Source: Alkalilimnicola ehrlichii MLHE-1 (GTDB lineage: Bacteria > Pseudomonadota > Gammaproteobacteria > Nitrococcales > Halorhodospiraceae). Taken from it: a stretch of DNA of 32,000 bases. Numbering within the stretch: position 1 is the stretch's first letter; every line of letters starts with the position of its first letter. The stretch spans positions 240,001-272,000 of the forward strand of contig NC_008340.1 of NCBI RefSeq assembly GCF_000014785.1, written 5' to 3'. The position numbers were made by a program, and so were the translations under genes. The notes under the pieces were generated by a model. The model was not told the DNA's origin and did no database searches. It was given only the letters and a program-made list of their open reading frames with translations. This document shows, in pieces, positions 1 to 7,755 of the stretch.

Positions 1-360
1 GGCCAGGGTCTGGCAATGCTCTTCTTGTGGGCTGAACAGGATGATCTCGGCGTCCTGCTCCACCCGGAGGGTGTGCCCCGGTGGCCAGTAGAAGAGGTCG
101 CCGGCGGCCACGGCTTCCTCGCTGCCGTCGCGGTAGGTCATGACCAATCGCCCCTGGATCATGTAGCCCCAGTGGGGGGATTGGCAGAGATTGTCCTTCA
201 GCCCCTCAAGCAGGGGCGTGATATCAGTGCCGGCCTCGAGGGAGAAGTACTCCCCGGTCATCTTGCTGTAGCCCGTGGCGTCGCCAAAATCCAAAACCTG
301 GCGGGCGATGGCGCCCGGGGCGTTGAACACCTGAGGTACATCCGACTTCGCGATACGCAT
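1..360 (-). CDS. Small cupin-domain protein (partial, truncated at window left edge)
   Basis: Reading the minus strand from ATG at 360 gives MRIAKSDVPQVFNAPGAIARQVLDFGDATGYSKMTGEYFSLEAG...GYMIQGRLVMTYRDGSEEAVAAGDLFYWPPGHTLRVEQDAEIILFSP, a cupin-like beta-barrel pattern (G..Y...G......DG......AGD....PPGH). Confidence 0.7.
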   Translation of the reverse strand, partial: MRIAKSDVPQVFNAPGAIARQVLDFGDATGYSKMTGEYFSLEAGTDITPLLEGLKDNLCQSPHWGYMIQGRLVMTYRDGSEEAVAAGDLFYWPPGHTLRVEQDAEIILFSPQEEHCQTLA

Positions 361-394
361 GGTGGCCTCCTCCTGCACAGCAGGGTTATGCGGG

Positions 395-410
395 TAGACC
401 GATCAGTCTA
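395..410. promoter_or_regulatory. Near-palindromic operator TAGACCGATCAGTCTA upstream of the cupin gene
   Basis: Identical 16-mer occurs at 1106-1121 just upstream of the TetR-family gene; TAGAC-N-GATC-N-GTCTA symmetry. Confidence 0.75.
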
Positions 411-518
411 ACTGGCAGTCTAGGAAAGCCCGGGGGGTGGTCAAGCAAACGATTTTCCGTTGTGTGTACGCCGGCTCGCGTGCAGACAAGATCCCTGCGG
501 AAAAGGGTGCCCCGGTGA

Positions 519-1094
519 TCAGGCGGCGCTGTGGTTGAAGTGGAAATCGAGCATGGCCCGCAACGGTGCCGGGTCCCGCTGCAGGCGGCTGCGCAGTGCC
601 GCCCCCTCCCAGCAGTCCAGCAGCAGGTCGGCCATATGGTGGACGTCGGTGTCGGGCGGCAGGTCGCCGCGCAGCCGCGCCTGTTCCAGGCAAACCGCGA
701 TTCGTGCCGTGATCTCGGCGAAACACCACTCGATCTTGTAGCGGAATACATCGCTGGCCGCGGAAAGTTCCTGGCCCAGGTTGCCGAGCAGGCAGCCGCG
801 ATAGCCCTCGCGACCGTATTTCTCCAACGACAGCGCGAAGAAGGTGTGAATCCGCTCCAGCGGCGCGCGCTCCGGGGCGCTGAGGCAGGCGTCCAGGCCG
901 GCGTGGACCTCCCGCATGTATCGGTCCACCACCTGCAGGGCAAAGTCCTGTTTGCTGCGGAAATGGTGATAGAACGAGCCCTTGGGAACGCCGCTGGCGG
1001 TGAGCAGCGTTTGCACGCCCAGGTCGTTGTAGCCGTGCTGCAGCAGCAGGTCCAGGCCGACCTCCAGCAGGCGTTGCTTGGTGTCCTTGCGCAT
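519..1094 (-). CDS. TetR/AcrR family transcriptional regulator
   Basis: 191 aa; N-terminal HTH (RLLEVGLDLLLQHGYNDLGVQTLLTASGVPKGSFYHHFRSKQDFALQVVDRY) typical of TetR family. Confidence 0.92.
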   Translation of the reverse strand: MRKDTKQRLLEVGLDLLLQHGYNDLGVQTLLTASGVPKGSFYHHFRSKQDFALQVVDRYMREVHAGLDACLSAPERAPLERIHTFFALSLEKYGREGYRGCLLGNLGQELSAASDVFRYKIEWCFAEITARIAVCLEQARLRGDLPPDTDVHHMADLLLDCWEGAALRSRLQRDPAPLRAMLDFHFNHSAA

Positions 1095-1105
1095 GGCGGA
1101 ACCCG

Positions 1106-1121
1106 TAGACCGATCAGTCTA
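1106..1121. promoter_or_regulatory. Near-palindromic operator TAGACCGATCAGTCTA upstream of the tetR-like gene
   Basis: Exact copy of 395-410; ends 12 bp before the ATG at 1094. Confidence 0.75.
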
Positions 1122-1221
1122 TATCAAGACTAGGCCAAGGCCGGCCGGCGTCAAGGTGGAGAGGGCCAATGCCGCCCGATCAAGTCGTGCCCGGCCGTTG
1201 CTCCTCCTTCGCTGGCCCGGG

Positions 1222-2469
1222 TCAGTCGAGCAGGTGCTCGCCGCGCCAAAGGGCCCGCAACGGTTCGCGTTCGCGCACCAAGTGGTGACAGCCGCCAGCC
1301 ACCAACACCTCGGCCGGGCGCGGACGGGTGTTGTAGTTGGACGCCATTACGAAGCCGTAGGCGCCGGCGGAGTGCACCGCCAGCAGGTCGCCCTCGGCCA
1401 GGGCCAGCTCGCGCTGCTTGCCAAGGAAGTCGCCGGTCTCGCAGACAGGGCCGACGATATCCCAGGGCAGGGTGTCGGTGTCGGCCCGCGGGCGCACCGG
1501 GGTGATCGCGTGCCAGCCGTCGTAGAGCGAAGGGCGGAGCAGGTCGTTCATCGCGGCGTCGACCACGGCAAAGCGCTGCTCCGAGCCGTCCTTCAGGTAT
1601 TGCACCCGGGTGATCAGTACGCCGGCGTTGCCCACCACGGCCCGGCCGGGTTCCATCAGCAATTCCAGGTCGCGGCCCTGAAGCCCGTCCAGCAGGACCC
1701 GGGCGTAGTCCTCGGCCGCCGGTGGGGTCTCGTCCCGGTAGCGGATGCCCAGACCGCCGCCCACGTCGAGATGCCGGATGGTGATCCCCTCAGCCGCCAG
1801 CCGGTCTACCAGTGCCAGCACCCGCTCCAGGGCGTCGGCGATGGGTGAGAGGTCGGTGAGTTGCGAGCCGATGTGAAAGTCCACCCCCTCCACGCTAAGG
1901 TGGGCGGCGTTGGCCGCCTGGCGGTAGATGGCCTCCGCCTCACGGATGTCGATCCCGAACTTGTTCTCGCGCAGCCCGGTGGAGATGTAGGGGTGGGTGC
2001 GGGCGTCCACGTCCGGGTTGACGCGCAGGGATACCGGGGCGGTCAGTCGCAGCTCGCCGGCCACCCGGTTGAGTCGCGACAGCTCTGCAGTGGACTCCAC
2101 ATTGAAGCAGCGGATACCCACCTCGAGCGCCCGGCGCATCTCATCTGCGGTCTTGCCGACGCCGGAGAAGACCACCCGGCGCGGATCGCCGCCGGCGGCC
2201 AGGACTCGCTCCAGTTCCCCACCGGAGACGATATCAAAGCCGGAGCCCAGGCGCGCCAACAGTTGCAGCACCGCCAAGTTGGAGTTGGCCTTGACCGCGT
2301 AGCAGACCTGGTGCGGGTGGTCACCCAGCGCCTGGTCGAAGCCGCGCCAAGCCGATTCGATGGCGGCCTTGGAGTAGACGTAGGTGGGGGTGCCCACCTG
2401 TTCTGCGATGTCTTCCAGTGGCACGGCCTCGGCACACAGCCGGCCGTCCTGCAGCGTGAACGCTTGCAT
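1222..2469 (-). CDS. lysA: Diaminopimelate decarboxylase
   Basis: In-frame ATG at 2469 gives MQAFTLQDGRLCAEAVPLEDIAEQVGTPTYVYSKAAIESAW...; PLP-lysine motif CYAVKANSN, HIGSQ, GGGLGI, EPGRA, CETGD; provided ORF extends artefactually upstream to 2694. Confidence 0.95.
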   Translation of the reverse strand: MQAFTLQDGRLCAEAVPLEDIAEQVGTPTYVYSKAAIESAWRGFDQALGDHPHQVCYAVKANSNLAVLQLLARLGSGFDIVSGGELERVLAAGGDPRRVVFSGVGKTADEMRRALEVGIRCFNVESTAELSRLNRVAGELRLTAPVSLRVNPDVDARTHPYISTGLRENKFGIDIREAEAIYRQAANAAHLSVEGVDFHIGSQLTDLSPIADALERVLALVDRLAAEGITIRHLDVGGGLGIRYRDETPPAAEDYARVLLDGLQGRDLELLMEPGRAVVGNAGVLITRVQYLKDGSEQRFAVVDAAMNDLLRPSLYDGWHAITPVRPRADTDTLPWDIVGPVCETGDFLGKQRELALAEGDLLAVHSAGAYGFVMASNYNTRPRPAEVLVAGGCHHLVREREPLRALWRGEHLLD

Positions 2470-2492
2470 GGGGTCTGGGCTCTCCGGGGTGA

Positions 2493-2615
2493 TCAGTGGT
2501 GCGACTGCTCGGTCTCGTCGTCCGGCATGTACAGTGGCCCCTTCTGCCCGCAACCGGCCAGGAGGGTGGTGCTCAGGACGAGGAGGACCAGGATGGCCAG
2601 TACGGTAGTGCGCAT
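2493..2615 (-). CDS. lptM: Small lipoprotein LptM (YifL) family
   Basis: 40 aa MRTTVLAILVLLVLSTTLLAGCGQKGPLYMPDDETEQSHH with lipobox LLAGC and GQKGPLYMP motif; immediately upstream of lysA, the usual location. Confidence 0.88.
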   Translation of the reverse strand: MRTTVLAILVLLVLSTTLLAGCGQKGPLYMPDDETEQSHH

Positions 2616-2762
2616 GGGACGGGCCGGATGGGTGAATGGACCGGACATTATACGCCGCCGGACGACAAATCCCAGCAAAACTGACCCAGCGCAAGGTGCT
2701 TCGCTCCGGTCGGCGCTAGGCTGGGCGTCCCACAGAATAACAATGGCTTTCGGAGAGGGTCT

Positions 2763-3443
2763 ATGGACAGTCAGCGATTGGAGCGCGTCGAGGTGTCCAC
2801 CGGCGCCAATCCCACCGCCAGTGTGATCTGGCTGCACGGGTTGGGTGCCGATGGCCACGATTTCGAGCCCATCGTCCCGGAGCTGCGCAAGACGGCGGCC
2901 CAGGGCGCCGTGCGGTTTGTCTTCCCGCATGCCCCGAAGCGGCCGGTGACGGTGAACGGGGGGGCCGTGATGCGCGCCTGGTACGACCTCTACGACCTCG
3001 GCATCAACCGCGCCGGGGAGGACGAGGCGGGCATCCGCGAGGCGATGGACCTGGTGCGGGGGCTGGTCGATGAGGAAAAGGCGCGGGGCGTCCCGGCCGG
3101 ACGGATCGTCCTGGCTGGGTTTTCGATGGGGGGTGCCGCGGCCCTGTTCAGCGGGTTGCGGCACGACGAGCGGCTGGCCGGGCTGATGGGCTTGTCCTGC
3201 TATCTGCCCCTGGCCGACCGGCTGGCCGATGAGCGTGATCCGGCCAACAGCGGGACGTCGGTGCTGCTGGTCCATGGCAGCTACGACCCGGTGTTGCCTA
3301 TGCCCTTGGGGGTGGCCGCCCGCGATACCTTGCAGGGGCTGGGTTATCCCGTTGAGTGGCAGGACTACCCCATGGAGCACCAGGTCTGCATGGAGGAGAT
3401 CGCCCTGGTGGACGACTGGCTCAGTCGGGTGCTGTCCGACTGA
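2763..3443 (+). CDS. Alpha/beta hydrolase, carboxylesterase/phospholipase family
   Basis: 226 aa; WLHGLGADGHDFEPIVPEL, nucleophile elbow GFSMGG, HGSYDPVLP, YPMEHQVC catalytic His region. Confidence 0.9.
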   Translation: MDSQRLERVEVSTGANPTASVIWLHGLGADGHDFEPIVPELRKTAAQGAVRFVFPHAPKRPVTVNGGAVMRAWYDLYDLGINRAGEDEAGIREAMDLVRGLVDEEKARGVPAGRIVLAGFSMGGAAALFSGLRHDERLAGLMGLSCYLPLADRLADERDPANSGTSVLLVHGSYDPVLPMPLGVAARDTLQGLGYPVEWQDYPMEHQVCMEEIALVDDWLSRVLSD

Positions 3444-3456
3444 GCCGAGGTGCGCT

Positions 3457-3951
3457 TCAGGAGTCGTCGTGCTGGCCCTTGGCGGTGGCGTCGCGGGCGT
3501 GCTGGGCGCGTACCTCCTCCTTGGTCGCCGGGCGCACTTCGCGCACGTCCAGCTCGAAGGTGAGTCGGCGGCCGGCCAATGGGTGGTTGCCATCCAGAAT
3601 GGCGCCGTTCTCGGTCAGGCGTAGGACCTTGAGGGTGAAACGCCGGCCGTGGGAGCCGCTGGTCAGTTGTTGGCCCTCGTACAGCTCCAGGTCGTCCGGG
3701 AGGAACTCGCGGTTGGCCTCGAACACCAGGTTCTCCTTGTGCGGGCCGTAGGCCTCTTCCGGGGGCAGGGTGACCCGGTGGGGCGTGCCCGCCTCGAGGC
3801 CCTCCAGCGCCTCTTCCAGCGCGGGCAGGATGTGCCGGTAGCCGTGCAGGTAGACCATGGGGCCGGACTGTTCGCTGTCGTCCAGCAGGGTCCCGTCTTC
3901 GTCCTTTAGCCGGTAATGCACGGTGGCCACGGTGTTCTTGCGGATCTTCAT
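3457..3951 (-). CDS. slyD: FKBP-type peptidyl-prolyl cis-trans isomerase, SlyD family
   Basis: 164 aa from ATG at 3951: MKIRKNTVATVHYRLKDEDGTLLDDSEQSGPMVYLHGYRHILPALEEALEGLEAGTPHRVTLPPEEAYG; FKBP/IF domain organisation. Confidence 0.88.
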   Translation of the reverse strand: MKIRKNTVATVHYRLKDEDGTLLDDSEQSGPMVYLHGYRHILPALEEALEGLEAGTPHRVTLPPEEAYGPHKENLVFEANREFLPDDLELYEGQQLTSGSHGRRFTLKVLRLTENGAILDGNHPLAGRRLTFELDVREVRPATKEEVRAQHARDATAKGQHDDS

Positions 3952-4517
3952 CAGCGTTGTCTCCTGCCGCGCATCAGGTACCAGAGCAGCGCGGCGATGA
4001 GGATGGGTGTAAGGGCCAGCAGGGTCCAGGTGGCGGCCGCCTTGGAGGCGGGTGCGCCATGGGTTTCCGCCAGGTGGTCGGTAATCACCCGCCATTCCCC
4101 CGACTCCAGTTCGGCGCCGTAGGCCAGACGCATGCGCCAGACGGTGAAGGCCCAGCCCGGCCAGGTTCGTGCCTCGCGGTCGAAGTCGCCGGCATCGTGG
4201 CACTCCATGCAGCGGCGTTCGGTCAGGCGAACCGGGTAGGGGCGTGCGGCCAGTTCCGCCTCGCGGGCCTCCCGCTCGGCGCGCTCGGCCGCCTCGCGCT
4301 CACGCCGGCGTTCCTCCGCCGCCTGGCGTTCGCGTTCGATGGCCTCGCGACGAGCCTGCCGCTCCTCCTCGGTCATGCCCTCCTCGATGGGGTCGACCAT
4401 CAGCTCTTCCGCCGACATACCGGCGTGGCCGGGTAGGACGGGGAGGCCCATGGCGAGCAGCAGGCCGGTCAACCCGGCAATCAGGCGCCCATGGGTCCCG
4501 ACGGTTGGGTGCGGCAT
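3951..4517 (-). CDS. Membrane-anchored monoheme c-type cytochrome-like protein with coiled-coil region, downstream of arxD
   Basis: 188 aa; N-terminal signal-like segment, Glu/Arg-rich coiled coil, heme motif CMECH followed by W..TVWRMRLAYGAEL pattern, C-terminal TM helix TWTLLALTPILIAALLWYLM. Confidence 0.75.
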   Translation of the reverse strand: MPHPTVGTHGRLIAGLTGLLLAMGLPVLPGHAGMSAEELMVDPIEEGMTEEERQARREAIERERQAAEERRREREAAERAEREAREAELAARPYPVRLTERRCMECHDAGDFDREARTWPGWAFTVWRMRLAYGAELESGEWRVITDHLAETHGAPASKAAATWTLLALTPILIAALLWYLMRGRRQR

Positions 4518-4528
4518 GATCGGCGCGT

Positions 4529-5431
4529 TCAGCGGCTCTTGACTTCCTTGAATTCGGGGTTGGTGTGCTGCATGCCCATGGCGCCGGCCCGGCAGTCGGG
4601 GCAGACGGCCAGGTGGCTGGCGTCCAGCCCTTTAGCCCGCAGGGTGGCCATCATCCCCGCGAGATCGCCGGAGGCGGCGAAGGGCTTGCCGCAGCGGGCG
4701 CACTCGGTCTGGTTGCCGGCGCTGCTGGCGGCCACGGCGGCGGAGGCCTCTGCCAGTTCGGGGGCGTCCTCTTGCGCTTCGGCCTCCGGGGCGGGCACCT
4801 GGGCCTGCAACCAGCGGGCGTCCTGGTCCAGGCTGTCGCGGACCAGGCGGGCCAGCAGCAGGTAGGGCGCGCCGTGGGGGGTGTCGCGGACCTCCTGTTC
4901 GAGCTTGCGTACCCAGTCGTTGGGCCAGGGGCGCAGGAAGCGGTTGAGGAAGTCGCGGGCCTCCTCCAGGTAGTGGGTGGCGGATTCGCCGTCCTCGGCC
5001 TGGCTGGCGGAGGCGAGCAGCAGGGCGAGGAACTGCAGTTGCAGGGCCAGGTGGTCGGGGGTGTCGCGGAAGCTGACGTCCCTGGCCAGGCCGTGGCGCT
5101 GGTAGTAGCCCTCCATCTCCACGACGCTGGGGCCCATCATGGCCTGATCGATGTAGAGGCCGGCGTTCAGGGGTGCCGGGTAGGGGGGCACCAGGAAGAG
5201 ACGGCTGTAGCCGCGCAGCAGGGTCTCGTGACTGTCGATCTGGCGCATGGCGTTGCGCAGTTGTTGCCCGGCGTCGGTGTCCGGGAGCAGTTCGTCCAGG
5301 TCCGCGGGCAGGGCCTCGCCCATGGCCTCGTGGTATTCGGCCTGCACCGGGGGGATGAAGGCCTGACCGAGGCAGAGGTAGAGCTCCGCGCGGGTCATCA
5401 GGTGCTCGGCGTGTTGTTGCAGGTTCGGCAT
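4529..5431 (-). CDS. arxD: TorD/DmsD-like cytoplasmic chaperone for the molybdoenzyme (ArxD)
   Basis: 300 aa; N-terminal all-alpha TorD-type sequence (RAELYLCLGQAFIPP...YSRLFLVPPYPAPLNAGLYIDQAMMG), C-terminal zinc-ribbon-like CARCGKPF...CPDC; located in the arx cluster. Confidence 0.85.
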   Translation of the reverse strand: MPNLQQHAEHLMTRAELYLCLGQAFIPPVQAEYHEAMGEALPADLDELLPDTDAGQQLRNAMRQIDSHETLLRGYSRLFLVPPYPAPLNAGLYIDQAMMGPSVVEMEGYYQRHGLARDVSFRDTPDHLALQLQFLALLLASASQAEDGESATHYLEEARDFLNRFLRPWPNDWVRKLEQEVRDTPHGAPYLLLARLVRDSLDQDARWLQAQVPAPEAEAQEDAPELAEASAAVAASSAGNQTECARCGKPFAASGDLAGMMATLRAKGLDASHLAVCPDCRAGAMGMQHTNPEFKEVKSR

Positions 5432-5504
5432 GGTGTTGTCTTGGCCTGATTCGTTGGTCTGGGGGGCGTAGACGCCATTTTAGACGTCCACGGCTTCGTT
5501 CGGG

Positions 5505-5719
5505 GGTTTTTGGAGAGGGCTGCCGGGGTGGCGGGTTATCGATTGAGGCTCCAGTTGCGCACCCCTTCGGGGTGCCCTGCGCTACTCGCCAAAAGGCGGC
5601 GGCGCGAACTCGCTTCGCTCGGACAGGCGCGCCTTTTTTCCGCCTTTTTGCTGCGTTGCTCGGTGCGCAAAGTCGCCTCAATCGATAACCCGCCACCCCG
5701 GCAGCCCTCTCCAAAAACC
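5505..5719. repeat. 215 bp MITE/hairpin-like element with 45 bp perfect inverted arms
   Basis: Left arm 5505-5549 GGTTTTTGGAGAGGGCTGCCGGGGTGGCGGGTTATCGATTGAGGC is the exact reverse complement of 5675-5719; interior holds further nested inverted segments (e.g. TTGCGCACC / GGTGCGCAA, AAAAGGCGG / CCGCCTTTT). Confidence 0.9.
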
Positions 5720-5772
5720 GGCAGGTGAAGGGGCGCCGGGGCCTCCCTGCCCCGGCTTTCCGTGCCCCTGCG

Positions 5773-6966
5773 TCAGGCCGTGGCCTTGGCCTCGGCCTCC
5801 GCTGCCTCCTCCAGTTGCTCCGGCACGGCGGAGAGGTTGAAGAACTTCTCGCCGAGCACGTAGAGCGTAAAGATCATGGCGGAGCCCATGATGGTCAGTG
5901 CCCACTCGGTGGCCGAGGGGGTGTACTGGATCATGTTCCAGGCCCAGGTGCCCTGGAACAGCGGGATGACCTGGCCGCCCACCACGAAGAAGTAGCGTTC
6001 GGCGAACAGGCCGCCAAAGGTCAGCACGGAGACCAGCACCTGTACCTGCGGGTTGACGCGCAGATTGCGCGACATCATGAGGGCGAACGGCACCAGCAGG
6101 CCCAACAGCAACGAGAGGATGTACACCGGCGAGGCGAACAGGTAGTCCGCCCAGACGTGGTAGACCTCCGGGTTGTTGGTGTACAGGCCGGTGATGGCAC
6201 GCACGGCCACGAACAGGATGGTCAGCCCCAGCACCGCGGCGAACAGTTTGGGCAGGCCGTTGTTCAGGGCGTTCTGCAGCTTCTGCGGCATCTTGCTGCG
6301 GTCGAAGCCGTAGGCCAGGTAGCTGAAGAACACCAGCGCGGCCATGCCGCTGGTCACGGCGGTGAGGTAGAAGTAGATGGGCAGCGAGCCGTCGAACCAG
6401 AACGGTCGCATGCTCATCATGCCGAAGATCAGCGCCAGGTTACCACTGGCCAGCAGCACGCCCAGGAAGGAGGCGATGCCGATGATCTTGGTGTTCTTGC
6501 TGTCCCAGTCGCCGGCCTCCATCTTCTGGAACTTCCAGAGCAGGAAGAGCAGGTCGGCGGCGTAGAACACACCCATCCAGAACATGGCGGACTGGATCTG
6601 CATGTTGAAGGGGATGGCCCACAGCATGCGGAAGGTGTGGCCCAGCTCCAGCGCCAGCACTGCCATACCGGAGATCAGGATGATGAAGGCCAGGAAGATG
6701 GCCCGCTTGGCGATGCCGTAGTACTGCTTGAAGCCGAACACCAGGGGCAGCGAGGCGATCAGGCCCAGCCCGGACGACGCCAGGGCGAAGTACAGGTAGG
6801 TGGAGATCGGCTGCCCCCAGGGCAACTTCGAACTGACGTTGAAGGCGGCGTGACCCACCGTGTTGAGCTGGAAGATCACGTAGCCGAAGGTCGCCACCAT
6901 CACGGCGGCGGAGAGTATCAGCAGGCCGGTGCCCAGCCCGCCCTTCATGACGTTGTTATCTGACAT
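5773..6966 (-). CDS. arxC: NrfD/PsrC-type integral membrane quinol-interacting subunit (ArxC)
   Basis: 397 aa with many hydrophobic helices, NrfD-family features; directly downstream of a four-cluster Fe-S subunit. Confidence 0.9.
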   Translation of the reverse strand: MSDNNVMKGGLGTGLLILSAAVMVATFGYVIFQLNTVGHAAFNVSSKLPWGQPISTYLYFALASSGLGLIASLPLVFGFKQYYGIAKRAIFLAFIILISGMAVLALELGHTFRMLWAIPFNMQIQSAMFWMGVFYAADLLFLLWKFQKMEAGDWDSKNTKIIGIASFLGVLLASGNLALIFGMMSMRPFWFDGSLPIYFYLTAVTSGMAALVFFSYLAYGFDRSKMPQKLQNALNNGLPKLFAAVLGLTILFVAVRAITGLYTNNPEVYHVWADYLFASPVYILSLLLGLLVPFALMMSRNLRVNPQVQVLVSVLTFGGLFAERYFFVVGGQVIPLFQGTWAWNMIQYTPSATEWALTIMGSAMIFTLYVLGEKFFNLSAVPEQLEEAAEAEAKATA

Positions 6967-6980
6967 GGTCGTTCACCCCC

Positions 6981-7730
6981 TCAGGAATTGCGCGGGCTGA
7001 AAGCGGGCACGCCGGCGCCGGCGCCCAGGTAGTAGACCTGCGGGCGGTTGCCCGTATGGTCCAGCAGCCGCACGCCGTGCTTGTCGCCGATGATGCGGTT
7101 GACGTTGGACTCCGGGTTGTCCAGGTCGCCGAAGTAGCGGGCCTTGGGTGGGCAGGTGCGCACACACGCCGGCACGTACTCGACCAGCTCCGGATCGTCC
7201 TCGTCCAGGTCGGGCACGCCCTCGGGGGCCTTGCTGACCTTGTGGTAGCAGAAGGTGCACTTGGAGACCACGCCCTTGGGCTGGATGCCGATGCCCCGGC
7301 GCCAGTCCTGCTCCGGGTTCTGGTAGGGCGGGCTCCACATCTGCCCGTTCTCGCCCGGGTAGACGTCGCGCATGTCCGGCTCGATGAGCGGCTGCTCGTC
7401 GGCGTAGAAACGCACGCCGTAGGGGCAGGCGATCATGCAGTATTTGCAGCCGATGCACTTGTTCCAGTCCACGAAGACGATGCCGCCGGCGTCCGGGTCC
7501 TTGTAGGTGGCCCGGGTCGGGCAGACGTGCACGCAGGACGGGTCCTCACACTGCATGCAGGGCCGCGGCAGCCACTTCATCTGGGCGCTCGGGTACTCGC
7601 CCTCGTTGTAGTACAGCACGTCCTGCCAGCTCTCGCCGGGCAGGGTGTTGTTCTCCATGGCACAAGCCGTGGTGCACGCTTGGCACCCGGTGCACTTGTC
7701 CAGGTCGATGACCATTCCCCACTTAGCCAT
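6981..7730 (-). CDS. arxB: Four-[4Fe-4S] electron-transfer subunit (ArxB)
   Basis: 249 aa; CTGCQACTTAC, CMQCEDPSCVHVCPTRA, CIGCKYCMIACPYG, CTFCYHK...CVPACVRTCPPKA cysteine groups typical of DmsB/PsrB/ArrB-like subunits. Confidence 0.93.
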   Translation of the reverse strand: MAKWGMVIDLDKCTGCQACTTACAMENNTLPGESWQDVLYYNEGEYPSAQMKWLPRPCMQCEDPSCVHVCPTRATYKDPDAGGIVFVDWNKCIGCKYCMIACPYGVRFYADEQPLIEPDMRDVYPGENGQMWSPPYQNPEQDWRRGIGIQPKGVVSKCTFCYHKVSKAPEGVPDLDEDDPELVEYVPACVRTCPPKARYFGDLDNPESNVNRIIGDKHGVRLLDHTGNRPQVYYLGAGAGVPAFSPRNS

Positions 7731-7755
7731 TATTCATGTCCTCCAGTTATCAGGC

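Noticed and set aside
16-411. 131 aa plus-strand ORF at the left edge
   Set aside because: Antisense to a coherent cupin reading frame (ATG at 360, minus strand).
2470-2694. N-terminal extension of the lysA ORF to 2694
   Set aside because: The sequence upstream of ATG 2469 overlaps lptM in another frame and is not LysA-like; start placed at 2469.
4632-5714. 360 aa minus-strand ORF beginning in the hairpin element and overlapping arxD
   Set aside because: Out-of-frame low-complexity Pro/Arg/Gly protein; arxD frame has clear TorD-like sequence. The similar MERAAGVAGYRL starts on both strands are simply the two inverted arms.
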